Of a stretch of 64,000 nucleotides of DNA, positions 38,676 to 49,755 are shown piece after piece. The DNA lies in the NCBI GenBank assembly GCA_043732305.1, contig JAYTHU010000031.1, forward strand, positions 4,739-68,738, read 5' to 3'. Origin of the DNA: Oligoflexia bacterium (lineage in GTDB: Bacteria; Bdellovibrionota; Bdellovibrionia; JABDDW01). The notes under the pieces are model-generated. The model had not been told where the DNA came from. It saw only the letters and a program-made list of their open reading frames with translations, and searched no databases. Numbering within the stretch: position 1 is the first letter of the stretch; every line of letters begins with the position of its first letter. Position numbers and translations under genes: made by a program.

Positions 38676-40955
38676 ATGCCCTTTGAAAAAGACGCGCTTG
38701 AGTATCATAGTTCTGGTCGCAAGGGAAAAATCGAAGTCGTTTCCACCAAGCCCTGCTTCACTTCGCGAGATCTTTCGCTCGCTTATACACCTGGCGTTGC
38801 TGAGCCGTGTAAAGCCATCGCTAAGGACGAAGAAAAAGTTTACGAATACACAACCAAAGGTAATTTGGTCGCAGTCATTTCGAACGGAACAGCCGTTTTA
38901 GGTCTAGGCAATATTGGCCCCTATGCCGGGAAACCCGTCATGGAAGGTAAAGGTATTTTATTTAAACGATTCGCGGATATCGATGTTTTCGATATTGAGT
39001 TAGACACTCAAGACCCCGTTAAATTTGTCGAGGCAGTTAGACTTCTTCAACCCACCTTTGGTGGAATCAATCTTGAAGACATCAAAGCTCCTGAATGTTT
39101 TTACATCGAAGAAGAACTCAAGAAAATCATGAAGATCCCCGTTTTTCATGATGATCAACATGGAACAGCCATTATCAGTGGCGCCGCATTCATCAATGCG
39201 CTAGAAATCACCGGAAAAAAAGCTGACGAAGTCAAAGTTGTTTTCAATGGTGGCGGTGCCGCAGCTATTGCGTGCGCTAAACTTTTTGTAAGTCTTGGCG
39301 TTCAGTACAAAAATCTTTTGATGTGTGACACCAAAGGAGTGATTTACAAGGGCCGCACTGAAGGCATGAACAAATATAAAGAAATCTTTGCCGCGGAAAC
39401 AGCCAGACGCACTCTGACTGACGCGCTCATTGGTGCAGACGTTTTTGTAGGTGTCAGTGTCAAAGGCGCTGTCACCAAAGACATGCTCATGGGCATGGCA
39501 AAAGGTCCTATTGTTTTTGCAATGGCCAATCCCGACCCCGAAATCTCGTACGAAGACGCTATTGCTGCTAGACCCGATGTTTTGATGGCTACTGGCCGCA
39601 GTGATTATCCTAATCAAGTGAATAACGTTTTGGGTTTCCCGTTTATTTTCCGCGGGGCACTCGATGTCCGCGCGACTACCATAAATGAGGAAATGAAAAT
39701 TGCAGCAGTGCACGCACTTGCTCAATTGGCGCGCGAAGATGTTCCCGATTCCGTTTCACGCGCCTACGGCGGGAAGAAATTTAAATTTGGTCCTGAATAT
39801 ATTATTCCGAAACCTTTTGATCCCCGTGTTTTACTCTGGGTTGCTCCCGCAGTCGCAGAAGCTGCCGGTAAATCCGGAGTCGCCAAAAACCCCATCAAAA
39901 ATATGGCGGAATATAAAGAACAGCTCGAAAAGCTTTTAGGGACATCTCGCGGAATCATTCGAAACGTCATCAACAAAGTCAAACACACCTCTAGCAACTC
40001 TTCATTGCCTTCGATTGTTTTCCCCGAAGGCTACAACGATAAAGTTTTAAGAGCATGCAACGCTATTTTAGAAGAAGGAATGGCACGCCCCATTATATTG
40101 GGCAATGAAACCAACGTCCGCAATCGAATCAAAGAACTAGATTTAAAAATACTCAATAATGTTCCGATCATTCAGCCCATCAAATCGCCAAAGTTTGCAG
40201 TTTATGCTCGAAAATTTCATGACATGCGAAAACGCAAAGGTCTCACACTCGCTGAAAGCGAACGTTTGATCTATGACCCAAATTATTTTGGCGCCATGAT
40301 GGTTCACATGGGCGATGCCGATGGATTCATCAATGGAGTCACGCAAAGTTATCCTGAAGGTGTCAGACCCATTCTGCGTGTGCTTGGTGTGAACCCCGGC
40401 GAAGTCGCATCTGGCCTTTACATGATGGTCATGAAAAATCGCCTGCTCTTTTTTGCCGACACCACAGTAAACATTGATCCGACAGCAGAAGAATTAGCCA
40501 TCATTGCTATTCACAGTGCAGACACTGCTCGTTTTTTTGACGTCGAGCCTCGCATTGCCATGCTGAGCTTTTCTAACTTCGGCAGCATGAAAGCAGCAAC
40601 GACTGTAAAAATGCAAAGGGCTGCAGAAATCGTCAGACAGAAACGTCCAGATCTTATTGTCGATGGAGAAATGCAGGCCGATGCGGCCGTTGATCCAAGA
40701 ATAATTAAAGAGCAATTTCCTTTCTGCGAAATCAAAGATGGCGCGAACGTTTTGATTTTCCCCGATTTAAATTCTGGGAACATTTCATACAAACTCATGC
40801 AGCGCTTAGGCGGAGCGGAAGCTATCGGTCCCATTTTGATGGGCGTGACCAAACCTGCCAACACCATGCAACGTGCAGTAGATGTGAATGACATAGTAAA
40901 TATGGCAGCCATCACGGCCATTCAATGTCAAAGTTTGAGAAATCCAAACGCATGA
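38676..40955 (+). CDS. maeB: NADP-dependent malic enzyme with a phosphotransacetylase-like domain
   Basis: [39 protein letters not shown]; C-terminal PTA domain (DGEMQAD, GPILMG). Confidence 0.96.
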   Translation: MPFEKDALEYHSSGRKGKIEVVSTKPCFTSRDLSLAYTPGVAEPCKAIAKDEEKVYEYTTKGNLVAVISNGTAVLGLGNIGPYAGKPVMEGKGILFKRFADIDVFDIELDTQDPVKFVEAVRLLQPTFGGINLEDIKAPECFYIEEELKKIMKIPVFHDDQHGTAIISGAAFINALEITGKKADEVKVVFNGGGAAAIACAKLFVSLGVQYKNLLMCDTKGVIYKGRTEGMNKYKEIFAAETARRTLTDALIGADVFVGVSVKGAVTKDMLMGMAKGPIVFAMANPDPEISYEDAIAARPDVLMATGRSDYPNQVNNVLGFPFIFRGALDVRATTINEEMKIAAVHALAQLAREDVPDSVSRAYGGKKFKFGPEYIIPKPFDPRVLLWVAPAVAEAAGKSGVAKNPIKNMAEYKEQLEKLLGTSRGIIRNVINKVKHTSSNSSLPSIVFPEGYNDKVLRACNAILEEGMARPIILGNETNVRNRIKELDLKILNNVPIIQPIKSPKFAVYARKFHDMRKRKGLTLAESERLIYDPNYFGAMMVHMGDADGFINGVTQSYPEGVRPILRVLGVNPGEVASGLYMMVMKNRLLFFADTTVNIDPTAEELAIIAIHSADTARFFDVEPRIAMLSFSNFGSMKAATTVKMQRAAEIVRQKRPDLIVDGEMQADAAVDPRIIKEQFPFCEIKDGANVLIFPDLNSGNISYKLMQRLGGAEAIGPILMGVTKPANTMQRAVDVNDIVNMAAITAIQCQSLRNPNA

Positions 40956-42211
40956 TTGATTTAGGTACTCAGCAAGAAAAAGTAATTCTGTGCGGAGTCG
41001 GATTAAGATCCGATCCTACGGGGCAAATCCAAGACAACTTGAATGAACTGGCTCTTCTTTGCGAAACCGCGGGCGGACTTGTTGTCGGAATCACGTCTCA
41101 AAAACTAGAAAGAATTGTCTCATCCACATTTATTGGCAAAGGCAAGGTAGAAGAACTCGCTAAACTCCGTGAGGAAACTGGCGCTAACTTAGTGATTATA
41201 GATGCTAAACTTTCTGGCGCTCAGCAAAGAAATCTGCATGAAATTATCAAGTGCCGAGTCATTGATCGATCACAGCTTATCATAGATATTTTTGCTCAAC
41301 GTGCACGCACTCGAGAGGGTCAGCTTCAAGTTGAACTGGCACAATTGAAAGATCAATTGCCTCGTTTGATCGGGGAAGCCATCGCAGGTTTATCCAAACT
41401 CGCCGGCGGAATTGGAACCAGAGGTCCTGGTGAAACTAAACTTGAAATGGATAGGCGAAAGGTCAAAGAAAAAATCGAACACGTGACCAAAGAATTGGAA
41501 CATGTTCGAAAATCTCGAGCACTGCATCGGTCACGAAGAAAATCTTCGCACATTTCTACTTTGGCTCTGGTTGGTTACACCAACTCCGGAAAATCAACGC
41601 TTTTGAATGTGATGACAAATGCTAACGTGGTCGCCGAAAATAAATTATTTGTAACCCTCGATCCCACCACTCGAAAATTATTTTTACCAAGTGGACGCCA
41701 AGCCGTCATAACGGACACCGTCGGTTTTATCAATAAACTTCCCACGCATTTGATTGAAGCTTTCAAAGCGACATTTGAAGAAATCAAAGAAGCTGACATG
41801 GTTTTGCATGTTCACGATTCTTGTCACCCACTTTATGCTCAGCATGCTCAAACGGTGATTGGTTTGCTTGCCGAATTAGAAGTGGATCCGAAAAAAATCT
41901 TCAACGTTTACAATAAAATGGATTTGATTGGGACTGCACTCGACAAGCAGATTGCACGTATTTCTCCATTCGTGAATGTGTCAGCCTTGACTGGTACCGG
42001 GCTCAAAGAACTTGTCACTGCTATTGAAGAGTCATTCGAGTCTCAAGTTTTCCCTGTGGATCTTTACCTGCCAACCAGTGACCCCCGACTTATTTTCAAA
42101 CTTGCTCGTGATGGTAAGATTCTCTCACAGGAATCCGGACCCAACATCACTCACTGCAAGGTGGAACTGAGCGAAGAAGCTCTGCAACGATGGTCAGAGT
42201 ACCTGGGTTAA
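40952..42211 (+). CDS. hflX: Ribosome-associated GTPase HflX
   Basis: [47 protein letters not shown] and NKMD motifs. Confidence 0.96.
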   Translation: MIDLGTQQEKVILCGVGLRSDPTGQIQDNLNELALLCETAGGLVVGITSQKLERIVSSTFIGKGKVEELAKLREETGANLVIIDAKLSGAQQRNLHEIIKCRVIDRSQLIIDIFAQRARTREGQLQVELAQLKDQLPRLIGEAIAGLSKLAGGIGTRGPGETKLEMDRRKVKEKIEHVTKELEHVRKSRALHRSRRKSSHISTLALVGYTNSGKSTLLNVMTNANVVAENKLFVTLDPTTRKLFLPSGRQAVITDTVGFINKLPTHLIEAFKATFEEIKEADMVLHVHDSCHPLYAQHAQTVIGLLAELEVDPKKIFNVYNKMDLIGTALDKQIARISPFVNVSALTGTGLKELVTAIEESFESQVFPVDLYLPTSDPRLIFKLARDGKILSQESGPNITHCKVELSEEALQRWSEYLG

Positions 42212-42572
42212 AGAAAGTTACTGTGCTTTTGGAGGAGCCCAAGGGCTCGAGAAATCGTAATTTAGTTTTTCTCGACCAGTGATTTCAATTTTTGCTTTGC
42301 TGAAACTTTCCATTCCAGACTTTTTGCCCTTCATAGACGATCAAAATCCACTGACCATTTCAATTGGTAGATGATGAATACCTTGGGCTTCTAGTCTTCT
42401 AAAAAGAACAACTGCGCCAATTTTAGCAAAAAGAATTCCACCAACAGAAACGCCAGCAGGATCTTTCACACGAATTGTAAACCCTTCGCCAACCCGAAAC
42501 TGGCGCATTTTCTCTTCAAGATATTTCGTGTCTCTGTTCATTGAAGAATTTTAAGCGAAGGATCTTTAAAAG

Positions 42573-42622
42573 AATTCGGAGTATCCGAAATAAATCCTCG
42601 AGAGCCTTTGGCACTCCGAATT
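42573..42622. repeat. Inverted repeat downstream of the lolC/E-like gene (possible terminator)
   Basis: AATTCGGAGT (42573) ... ACTCCGAATT (42613). Confidence 0.5.
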
Positions 42623-42630
42623 ACGGTATT

Positions 42631-43872
42631 TTAGGAGCGAAAGCTATCGAGAGGATCTGTGTTTGCGACCTTGATAGCAGGGCCGATGGCGCTGAGAAAA
42701 GTCAGAATAGCCCCAAGCAAGACAATTCCAGCTATGACTAAAAATTCAATTTTTACCGGAAAGTGAGTGTCTAAAAAAACATCGGGCAGATGAATAATAG
42801 GGAAAGTTTTTATGACCCAACAAATCAAAAGTCCGAGGAGAGTTCCACTTCCAATCCCCAAAGCTCCAAGAATCAAACCAATGTAAATAAAAATAGCCAT
42901 GATCTGTTTCTTCTTGGCGCCTAGAGCTTTTAAAATTCCTACGTCCTTTTCTTTTTCTGTCACCAGTAGAAACAAAACGGACATGATAGAAAAACTGCTA
43001 ATTAAAATAGTTAGACCCAGAAACATGCTCATGAGCCGTTTTTCCATTTTGAGCGAATAAAAAAGAGCTGAATTGAGATCCTGCCAAGTCTTCACACCGG
43101 TCACTCCCTCAGCAATTAATCGCTCTTTGACCTGCAGAGCGTAGTCGGGACTAGGAAGCATAATTTCAAAACCGCTTTCAAGAGAAGCTGTGTCACGAAA
43201 TTTCCGCAGACCATTGACTTGGGAATCCTGGCGAAAATAAATGTATTTCGAATCATAATCAGAGAAATCTGCTCGCAAAAGTGCACGCACTTTTACTTTT
43301 TGGTAAGTCGGAGTTTCTCCAGGAACAAGTAAACTCTCGGGTGAAATAACGGTCACTTCATCCCCTTCAAAAACTCCAAGACTTCGAGCTAGATCAACAC
43401 CAATGGCAATTTCATCTTTTCCTAAAAGTAACTTTTCATCAGAAGACTTTGTCTTGCCGGTGGAATAAGTGCCGTTTGCATCTTCAATAATTTCAACCGA
43501 ATGACCAACTCTTTTACCCATCTGATTGATACGTGAAAGTTCGGCGCCGTAAGCTTCGGCACCAGTAAAAAGACCATCCACTGTTCGCACGATCACGTCT
43601 TGACGACTAAAAGATGTCATGGACTGCGTAGAGATATCTTTTTTGAGTGTTATTTCCTGCGCAGGTGTCAGACCGGTAATAGTGAGGTGTGGCTGAGAGT
43701 GCAAAAGTCTTTTCTCAATCGCTTCGTCGAAGCCGCTCATCACCGATAAAACCACAATCATTGTCAAAACACCAAGTGAAATGCCCGAGATTGAAATCCA
43801 CGCAAGGACACGGACGACGGATGAATGCGACGACGTCAGCAGGTAACGTTTTAAGAAAAGCTTCTCTAACAT
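42631..43872 (-). CDS. Lipoprotein-releasing ABC transporter permease, LolC/E family
   Basis: GISLGV..MIVVLSVMSGF, W.DLN..LF...KMEK and V.EK.KD.GILKALGA motifs. Confidence 0.9.
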   Translation of the reverse strand: MLEKLFLKRYLLTSSHSSVVRVLAWISISGISLGVLTMIVVLSVMSGFDEAIEKRLLHSQPHLTITGLTPAQEITLKKDISTQSMTSFSRQDVIVRTVDGLFTGAEAYGAELSRINQMGKRVGHSVEIIEDANGTYSTGKTKSSDEKLLLGKDEIAIGVDLARSLGVFEGDEVTVISPESLLVPGETPTYQKVKVRALLRADFSDYDSKYIYFRQDSQVNGLRKFRDTASLESGFEIMLPSPDYALQVKERLIAEGVTGVKTWQDLNSALFYSLKMEKRLMSMFLGLTILISSFSIMSVLFLLVTEKEKDVGILKALGAKKKQIMAIFIYIGLILGALGIGSGTLLGLLICWVIKTFPIIHLPDVFLDTHFPVKIEFLVIAGIVLLGAILTFLSAIGPAIKVANTDPLDSFRS

Positions 43873-43876
43873 TTTC

Positions 43877-44329
43877 CTATTTGATTATACTTTTTCGAAT
43901 TTTTCCAAGGAAATCAAACAAACGATGAATAGGTTGACCAAGCGCCGCTTTTAATTGCAATGAAGACTTGGCGCTTTTCTTAAAATTAGAGATCATTTGC
44001 TTTCGCAAAATCTCCTCTAAGCTCTCTTTCTCCAAAATATTCAATGCCATTTTCACGGCCTCGAAATTTGGAGATGAATCAAATCGAACAGCTTGAGTGA
44101 CATTGCCCTCTTTACCTGACTCGACAACTAAGCCTGTCTTGATCCCCTCGACACAATTCCACTCTGTCAGTTGACCATGAAACATGAGCTGTTGTTTGAT
44201 GACCTGTTTTGCGCCGTTGATCCATGTGACAAGATCCGCATTGCCTTCACTGCGATACCAAAAGCTCACAACCTCTTGAGGTTTGCCCTTGGTTGGAACC
44301 TGAATGACGTTCATGGCCATCATTTTCAT
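43877..44329 (-). CDS. Hypothetical protein in the mla/lol operon
   Basis: 150 aa, start overlaps the mlaD stop. Confidence 0.7.
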   Translation of the reverse strand: MKMMAMNVIQVPTKGKPQEVVSFWYRSEGNADLVTWINGAKQVIKQQLMFHGQLTEWNCVEGIKTGLVVESGKEGNVTQAVRFDSSPNFEAVKMALNILEKESLEEILRKQMISNFKKSAKSSLQLKAALGQPIHRLFDFLGKIRKSIIK

Positions 44330-45279
44330 TGGCTTGCAGGAATTCTTTGTTGTTTCTTGAGAAGCTCAGCTGCGACGGCAGCGGCTTCTTCTTCTTTTAC
44401 TTCTTTAACCGAACTCTTCAGTAAAAAAGAGCGCTGCATGGCTTTTAGAACCACCACGGCTTCACGAATAGCTTGCACACTCTGTGCGCTCACCTCAGGA
44501 ATTTGGGGCGCAACCTGCGCGATTACGGGGAGAATTTTATTTAGTTCTTCCGTCGTCTTTTTAAGTTCAGACATGACGGCCATGCTATCAGCGCCAAGCC
44601 TTGGAAGATTTTTGGAAAACTCTTTTACCTGAGGTAAAAGTTCTGCAGTTTCTTGCAAAGTTTTAGCAAGATTTTTTCGACGAGTCATCTGCTCCGCCAT
44701 TTCGTTTAAATTCCGCATGGTAGGAAGTGCTTGATCGAATATTCCAATAAATTCTTCAGAACGCTTAGGATCGGAAAAAGCCTGAGCCACAAATTGTAAG
44801 TTCTTAAGTAGCGAATCAAGAGTTTTAAGATACGGTCCCAAGTGGCCGCCACCAAGCAAATCCATAAGATCTATGGTCTCCTCGCTTGCAATCCACTCGC
44901 CAGATTTTGTAATATCGCCTGAGCTGCCGGCTGTTATCTCAAGTGATTTATCACCAATGATAAAAGGTCTGATCACTCGCGCAATAGAATCTTTTTTTAT
45001 TTTCTTAGCAAAATCAGAACGTACACTGAGGGTGACTTCAATCTGATTGTCTTCGGTGATGTTTACTTTTTCTACAGATCCAGCTCTCAGACCTAGCATT
45101 TGCACGGCAGTGCCAGCATGCAACCCATCTCCCTGAACGAGCTTTGTTTTAAAGGTAGATCGACTTGCAAACCAACCTTGTTTCATAGCAATGAAAATTG
45201 TAAACACAGCAAAACCCACGAAGCTTATCGCAACAAATAATCCGGCGGTTTTCTCTATTTTACTAAACTGCTCGCGCAT
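44326..45279 (-). CDS. MlaD/MCE family protein
   Basis: N-terminal TM helix, GL..GT.V.MLG...G.V MCE motif, IIGDK.LEI..G, helical tail. Confidence 0.9.
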   Translation of the reverse strand: MREQFSKIEKTAGLFVAISFVGFAVFTIFIAMKQGWFASRSTFKTKLVQGDGLHAGTAVQMLGLRAGSVEKVNITEDNQIEVTLSVRSDFAKKIKKDSIARVIRPFIIGDKSLEITAGSSGDITKSGEWIASEETIDLMDLLGGGHLGPYLKTLDSLLKNLQFVAQAFSDPKRSEEFIGIFDQALPTMRNLNEMAEQMTRRKNLAKTLQETAELLPQVKEFSKNLPRLGADSMAVMSELKKTTEELNKILPVIAQVAPQIPEVSAQSVQAIREAVVVLKAMQRSFLLKSSVKEVKEEEAAAVAAELLKKQQRIPASQ

Positions 45280-45964
45280 CGAGCTTGCCTTCCTTCAACG
45301 TCCATTGTTTTGCACCAATGCTCTCAACAAATTTAGCATCTTGAGTGCTGAAGAGCAGAAGACTGTCCTTCACACTTACTTCTCGGAATTTTTTAATCCA
45401 TTTCTTAAGTGATTCTACCGCTTCTTCACCAATGCCTAGACTAGGCTCGTCCAGAAAAATAATTTGCGGGTTCACAAGAAAACAACGCACGATCCCCGTC
45501 ACCTTACGCACGCTTGGAGAAACTTCGTCTGGCTTTAAGTCCAGGAATTTCGCGAGTTTAAAATCGGAAACCAAAGCGTCGTACAGGTCCTGACTTCGCT
45601 GAGATCTCCACTGATTGTGATAATTGAGTGAAAGTTTTAAGTTTTCGTCGATAGTTTTATTCATCATCACACCGCCATTTTCAAAACAAAAAGCCGTGCT
45701 GAGTTTGAGAGGAATCAATTCTTCGAAAGGAAGAACATTCACATTTTTGTTATTGTATAGCACTTGTCCACTGGTAGGCCGACTAAGCCCCGCGATAATT
45801 TTTAGCAGCAAGGATTTACCTGAAGAATCTCCACCGTATATCGCAATGCATTCGCCGAGCGGAATCTCAACGTTGATCGAGTCCAAAATTTCTTCCCGAG
45901 TTTCAAATTTGAGTGAAATATTTTCCAATATAATTTTTATGACGCGCTCTCGGGGTTTAATCAC
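45263..45964 (-). CDS. MlaF-like ABC ATP-binding protein with degenerate motifs
   Basis: Walker A GGDSSGKS and Walker B IFLDEP present; signature, Q-loop and H-loop altered. Confidence 0.85.
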   Translation of the reverse strand: MIKPRERVIKIILENISLKFETREEILDSINVEIPLGECIAIYGGDSSGKSLLLKIIAGLSRPTSGQVLYNNKNVNVLPFEELIPLKLSTAFCFENGGVMMNKTIDENLKLSLNYHNQWRSQRSQDLYDALVSDFKLAKFLDLKPDEVSPSVRKVTGIVRCFLVNPQIIFLDEPSLGIGEEAVESLKKWIKKFREVSVKDSLLLFSTQDAKFVESIGAKQWTLKEGKLDARAV

Positions 45965-46782
45965 AATATCCCCAATTGCTTTAAGCTTTGAAGGTAAACG
46001 CCTAACGAGACTAGGCTATTGAATGAGACCGTGTAAAGGATGCTGTTCATAACCGCACTCGTTGTCATTCTTGGAACCTCGGTGAATGAACTCTTCACAC
46101 TCATGCCCTGATAGCAAGAAACACTGAAAATAATCAGGCCGCTAAAAATATTTTTAAGAAGAAAGAGCAAGACATCAGTTCCAGAGATCGCATTGGCAAT
46201 GCTCTCAGAGAAAAAATCGAAAGAAATGGGATGAATGATATTTACTAAAAAATAACCACCAAAGAGAGCCACCATGCTGAAGAAAAATCCCAAGCAAACC
46301 ACACTGACCACGCCTGCCACAATTCGGGGAAAGACAATATAACTCAATGGATTTATTCCCACGCTTTCAAGCAGGGTGATCTCGCTATTCACACGCATAT
46401 TGCCAATCTCACTAGCCACGGCGGTTCCTGAACGCGCAATCACCACCAATGCCACAATGAGAGGGCCAAGTTCCCTCACAATTAAAACCACCAGTAGATT
46501 TCCGAGCATTTCTCCGCCACCCAGTTTAGACAACTGGGAAACACTCTGCAATATGGCGAATGATCCAGTGATGAGAGCAAGCAATCCAATCAAAGGCATG
46601 GCTTGAAAACCTGTGAAATAAATCTGTGCCAAAATGACTTTTAGAATTTCAATAAAACTTTGCTCGCGCATTCTTGTGATGGAAGTCTTCGTGGTGAAAT
46701 AAACCATCTTGCAGATTTCGAAGGAAAATAAGAAAAAATTGAGAATTTTGAGTCCAAGACGATTGGCTAGTTTTATAATCAC
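45961..46782 (-). CDS. MlaE family ABC permease
   Basis: RELGPL, ARSGTA.ASEIG.M...EI..L...GINP..Y...PR, EVP..TT.AV. Confidence 0.92.
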   Translation of the reverse strand: MIIKLANRLGLKILNFFLFSFEICKMVYFTTKTSITRMREQSFIEILKVILAQIYFTGFQAMPLIGLLALITGSFAILQSVSQLSKLGGGEMLGNLLVVLIVRELGPLIVALVVIARSGTAVASEIGNMRVNSEITLLESVGINPLSYIVFPRIVAGVVSVVCLGFFFSMVALFGGYFLVNIIHPISFDFFSESIANAISGTDVLLFLLKNIFSGLIIFSVSCYQGMSVKSSFTEVPRMTTSAVMNSILYTVSFNSLVSLGVYLQSLKQLGIL

Positions 46783-46802
46783 TGTCTTTACCTCCCATTT
46801 AA

Positions 46803-46830
46803 CTGTCGGCCAGGCAAAGGAAGGGCTTTA
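46803..46830 (-). promoter_or_regulatory. Putative sigma28 (FliA) promoter for the mla operon
   Basis: Minus strand TAAA-N16-GCCGACAG; canonical is TAAA-N15-GCCGATAA. Confidence 0.45.
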
Positions 46831-46860
46831 GAATATATTGGCGCTAACCGAAAAATATTT

Positions 46861-47841
46861 ATGGACCAAAACTCTTATTGTGTCATGGCTATCGATGTCT
46901 TTATGAAAATGCAGGGACATATCCCGTTTGACGTTTACGTTAAACGCGCGGATAAAACCTTCACAAAAGTCTTTCAAAAGGGCGACATGATTGATCTTAA
47001 ACGCTTCGAAATTTATGTCACCAAAGGTGTTGATTCGATTTTCATTCTTAAAAAAGATCGTCGGCAATACATCAATTCCACTGACAAGATGATCACAAAG
47101 ATGTTGGGCGTGCAAAAGGTGAAATTGGCCGATGCCTCATTTGCAGTTCAAGAACTTACCGAACAAATTTTGTTTGAGATCTATGAAGACAATGTTTTTG
47201 ATGAAGAAACGTTGAACATCGCGCAACGCTATACAAAATCATTTGTGCAACTGATGAGACAAGACGTTTCGGTACTGACCGCATTTCTGAAAATGTCTCA
47301 CAATGAAACTTTCATGGTGAGACATTCCCTTTCGACCGCCATTTTTGGATTGCTTCTCGCAAAATCTGATGGAATCTCGAGCGATAAAATGCTGGAAATC
47401 ATTTGTCTTGGAGGACTACTTCACGATATTGGAATGTCGACGCTATCAAATGATCTTAACGTTTATGAAAAACCACTCAGCCGCTCGGAAGCAGTGCAAG
47501 TGAAAGCTCATACTGAGAATGGCACCAAACTCATAGACAAGATTCCGGATTTCCCCGAGGAAGTAAAACTCGTGATTCAACAACATCACGAGTCTTTCAA
47601 CGGCCAAGGATATCCGAACGGTCTATTTGGTGACAGTATTTTTTATCCCGCACGCGTGATCAACATTGCAGACGCATTCTCCGCCCTGACCACCCGTCAT
47701 GCCGGTCGCCAAATCTATACGCCCAGTCAAGCTATGGATTTGATGATTAGAGAAAAAGCTAAGTTTGATCCAAAGCTTTTAAAGAAATTCGAAGCGCTAT
47801 TTCAGCCACCGCGCACTCCTACAAAAAAAACAGCAGCATAA
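46861..47841 (+). CDS. HD-GYP domain protein (cyclic dinucleotide phosphodiesterase family)
   Basis: RHS, LLHDIG, HHE..NG.GYP, IADAF and FDP motifs. Confidence 0.9.
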   Translation: MDQNSYCVMAIDVFMKMQGHIPFDVYVKRADKTFTKVFQKGDMIDLKRFEIYVTKGVDSIFILKKDRRQYINSTDKMITKMLGVQKVKLADASFAVQELTEQILFEIYEDNVFDEETLNIAQRYTKSFVQLMRQDVSVLTAFLKMSHNETFMVRHSLSTAIFGLLLAKSDGISSDKMLEIICLGGLLHDIGMSTLSNDLNVYEKPLSRSEAVQVKAHTENGTKLIDKIPDFPEEVKLVIQQHHESFNGQGYPNGLFGDSIFYPARVINIADAFSALTTRHAGRQIYTPSQAMDLMIREKAKFDPKLLKKFEALFQPPRTPTKKTAA

Positions 47842-47860
47842 AATCACAGACTGAAATCGC

Positions 47861-48442
47861 TTAAAAAATAAATACACGGTAAAAAACATATTTGTAGAAT
47901 TCGTCAAACGTGGTCACCCAAAGTTTTAAACCTTGAGTGCGGTCACTCGGCACCACGTACGGAATGATTGTCACAACCGGTGGAAACACATGCTCAAAAG
48001 TCTGCAGCGCACGATTCATATGATAATCAGACGTGATCAAGAGAATACTCTTACAACTCAAAGCTTCCACCAAAGCTAAACTCTGTTGGGCGTTTCCGGC
48101 AGTAGAATTAGAACGTCGTTCTAAAATAACTTTTTCCAAATCTATTTCCGGAGAAAAAACTACTTCAGGAATCATATCCATCAGTGTCGAGTGTTGATGA
48201 ACGCCAGAAATAATAAGTCTTTTGATTTGTCTGCGGCTCATTAGCGCGAGTCCTTCACGGATCCGCCCTGGCCCCCCAGTAAGAACGACACCACAATCAG
48301 CGCGACTATTGTAAGAACGCGGGAGAGTGCCTCTAATGATCTCTGAGTACTCGTTCATTCCAAAAATCGGAATAACAATCCACAAAAAGATCAATAGATA
48401 GATGAGATATTTAAATAGCCGCGATAATTTCGATTTCAACAT
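47861..48442 (-). CDS. YdcF/DUF218 family membrane protein
   Basis: VVLTGG..RI, IISG, ST..NA and LITSDYHM.RA motifs; start placed at MLKSKL. Confidence 0.88.
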   Translation of the reverse strand: MLKSKLSRLFKYLIYLLIFLWIVIPIFGMNEYSEIIRGTLPRSYNSRADCGVVLTGGPGRIREGLALMSRRQIKRLIISGVHQHSTLMDMIPEVVFSPEIDLEKVILERRSNSTAGNAQQSLALVEALSCKSILLITSDYHMNRALQTFEHVFPPVVTIIPYVVPSDRTQGLKLWVTTFDEFYKYVFYRVFIF

Positions 48443-48794
48443 CAACCCCTTTAGGGAGAGCCGAAACTTCAACTGTGCTTCGCGCTGGTGGATTTTCTGT
48501 AAAATACCCACCGTAAACTTCATTGACCGCAGCAAAGTCACTCATGTTTTTTAGAAATATCGTGGTCTTGACGACATTTTTAAAATCGCCTCCAGCCTCA
48601 GTCAAAACGGCTTTAATATTTTTCATGACTAGTATGGCTTGTTCTGTGACAGTGCCTTTCAGCACTTCGTTGGTTGCAGGATCAATCGCGATTTGACCGC
48701 TACAAAATAGTAATCCATTAGAAAGCACGGCCTGACTGTAGGGGCCGACAGGAGCGGGAGCATGAGCGGTACGAATTATTTTTTTTCCGGACAT
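48411..48794 (-). CDS. ridA: RidA family enamine/imine deaminase
   Basis: AP.PVGPYSQA, SGQI, NEVY..YF...PPARS.VEV..LP....VEIE. Confidence 0.93.
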   Translation of the reverse strand: MSGKKIIRTAHAPAPVGPYSQAVLSNGLLFCSGQIAIDPATNEVLKGTVTEQAILVMKNIKAVLTEAGGDFKNVVKTTIFLKNMSDFAAVNEVYGGYFTENPPARSTVEVSALPKGVDVEIEIIAAI

Positions 48795-48858
48795 TTGAAA
48801 ACCTCCAAGGTTTGAGATTACCATTTTGCCGGTTTAATAGAGCAAATGCCAATGAGAA

Positions 48859-49332
48859 TTAAACGATGCGGGTCTTTTTCTTTCCACTGCGCTTGTGCTC
48901 TTTAAGTGCTTGCCTGATCATAGGAGCCATATCTGCGATGTATTGAAAAATAGGATTTTTAAATTCAAACTCCATTGTTTCCACACCCATCAAAACGAGA
49001 TTAACCCAAAAAGTAGGGTCAGAAATCGTATTTTCATCTTTCCCATCAATCTTTTGTGATTCAATCCATAGTGCAACCCACCGGCTAACTGTCTGTTGAG
49101 TTTTAGTTTGAAGATCACGGACAGAGTTTTCCATTCGTTTAATAAAAAATAAAGGCAAACCAATTCCAAAAATGAGAACCCCTAAGCCAATGAACATCAT
49201 GGCTTCAGGTTGAACCATTCCAGTTTTAAAAAAATAAAACGCAGCCACTATTCCCGTGAACAATAAAAAGAAATTGATCAAGAGTAACGCTTGAAGATAT
49301 TTTTTTAACATTCGATATTTCGCTAAACTCAT
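48859..49332 (-). CDS. Hypothetical membrane protein (2 TM helices)
   Basis: 157-aa ORF with two hydrophobic helices and a basic tail. Confidence 0.7.
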   Translation of the reverse strand: MSLAKYRMLKKYLQALLLINFFLLFTGIVAAFYFFKTGMVQPEAMMFIGLGVLIFGIGLPLFFIKRMENSVRDLQTKTQQTVSRWVALWIESQKIDGKDENTISDPTFWVNLVLMGVETMEFEFKNPIFQYIADMAPMIRQALKEHKRSGKKKTRIV

Positions 49333-49509
49333 ATGCTTCCTATCGGGTTGAAATCATCAGACCTAACCTAGACTCTGGTCCAAATATACTCAGCGTTGCT
49401 GACTCGAACACTCATCTGGGTTTGGCGGAATCGATACCGACAGGGTACACGTATATTTTCTAATTCCCTTGACGGCACATTTTTTATCTTCGATCATGTT
49501 TATAACATA

Positions 49510-49719
49510 ATGACGACACCAAAAAAAAACGACAAGCCTCAAAAAATTATTTTGCAATCCACTCTGATCGAACTTCAAAAAGCTTTCGATGATTGGGATA
49601 AAGTCGTTGTGCCCGAACCAGTGAAACCGGAAGTAGAAGGCGCAGAAACGGAAATTAGGAAAAAAACTCAAGAAATTTTACAGAAGCTCAATGAGCAAAT
49701 TAAAGAGTTCGACCTTTAA
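49510..49719 (+). CDS. Small hypothetical helical protein
   Basis: MTTPKKNDKP...QEILQKLNEQIKEFDL; fills the intergenic gap. Confidence 0.55.
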   Translation: MTTPKKNDKPQKIILQSTLIELQKAFDDWDKVVVPEPVKPEVEGAETEIRKKTQEILQKLNEQIKEFDL

Positions 49720-49755
49720 CTTCCCGCTCTAGTAAGTTTCAAATTTTATAATTTT

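Noticed and set aside
42215-42541. Small minus-strand ORFs (66 aa and ~38 aa) between hflX and lolC/E
   Set aside because: No recognisable motif or clear RBS; cannot tell small genes from spacer
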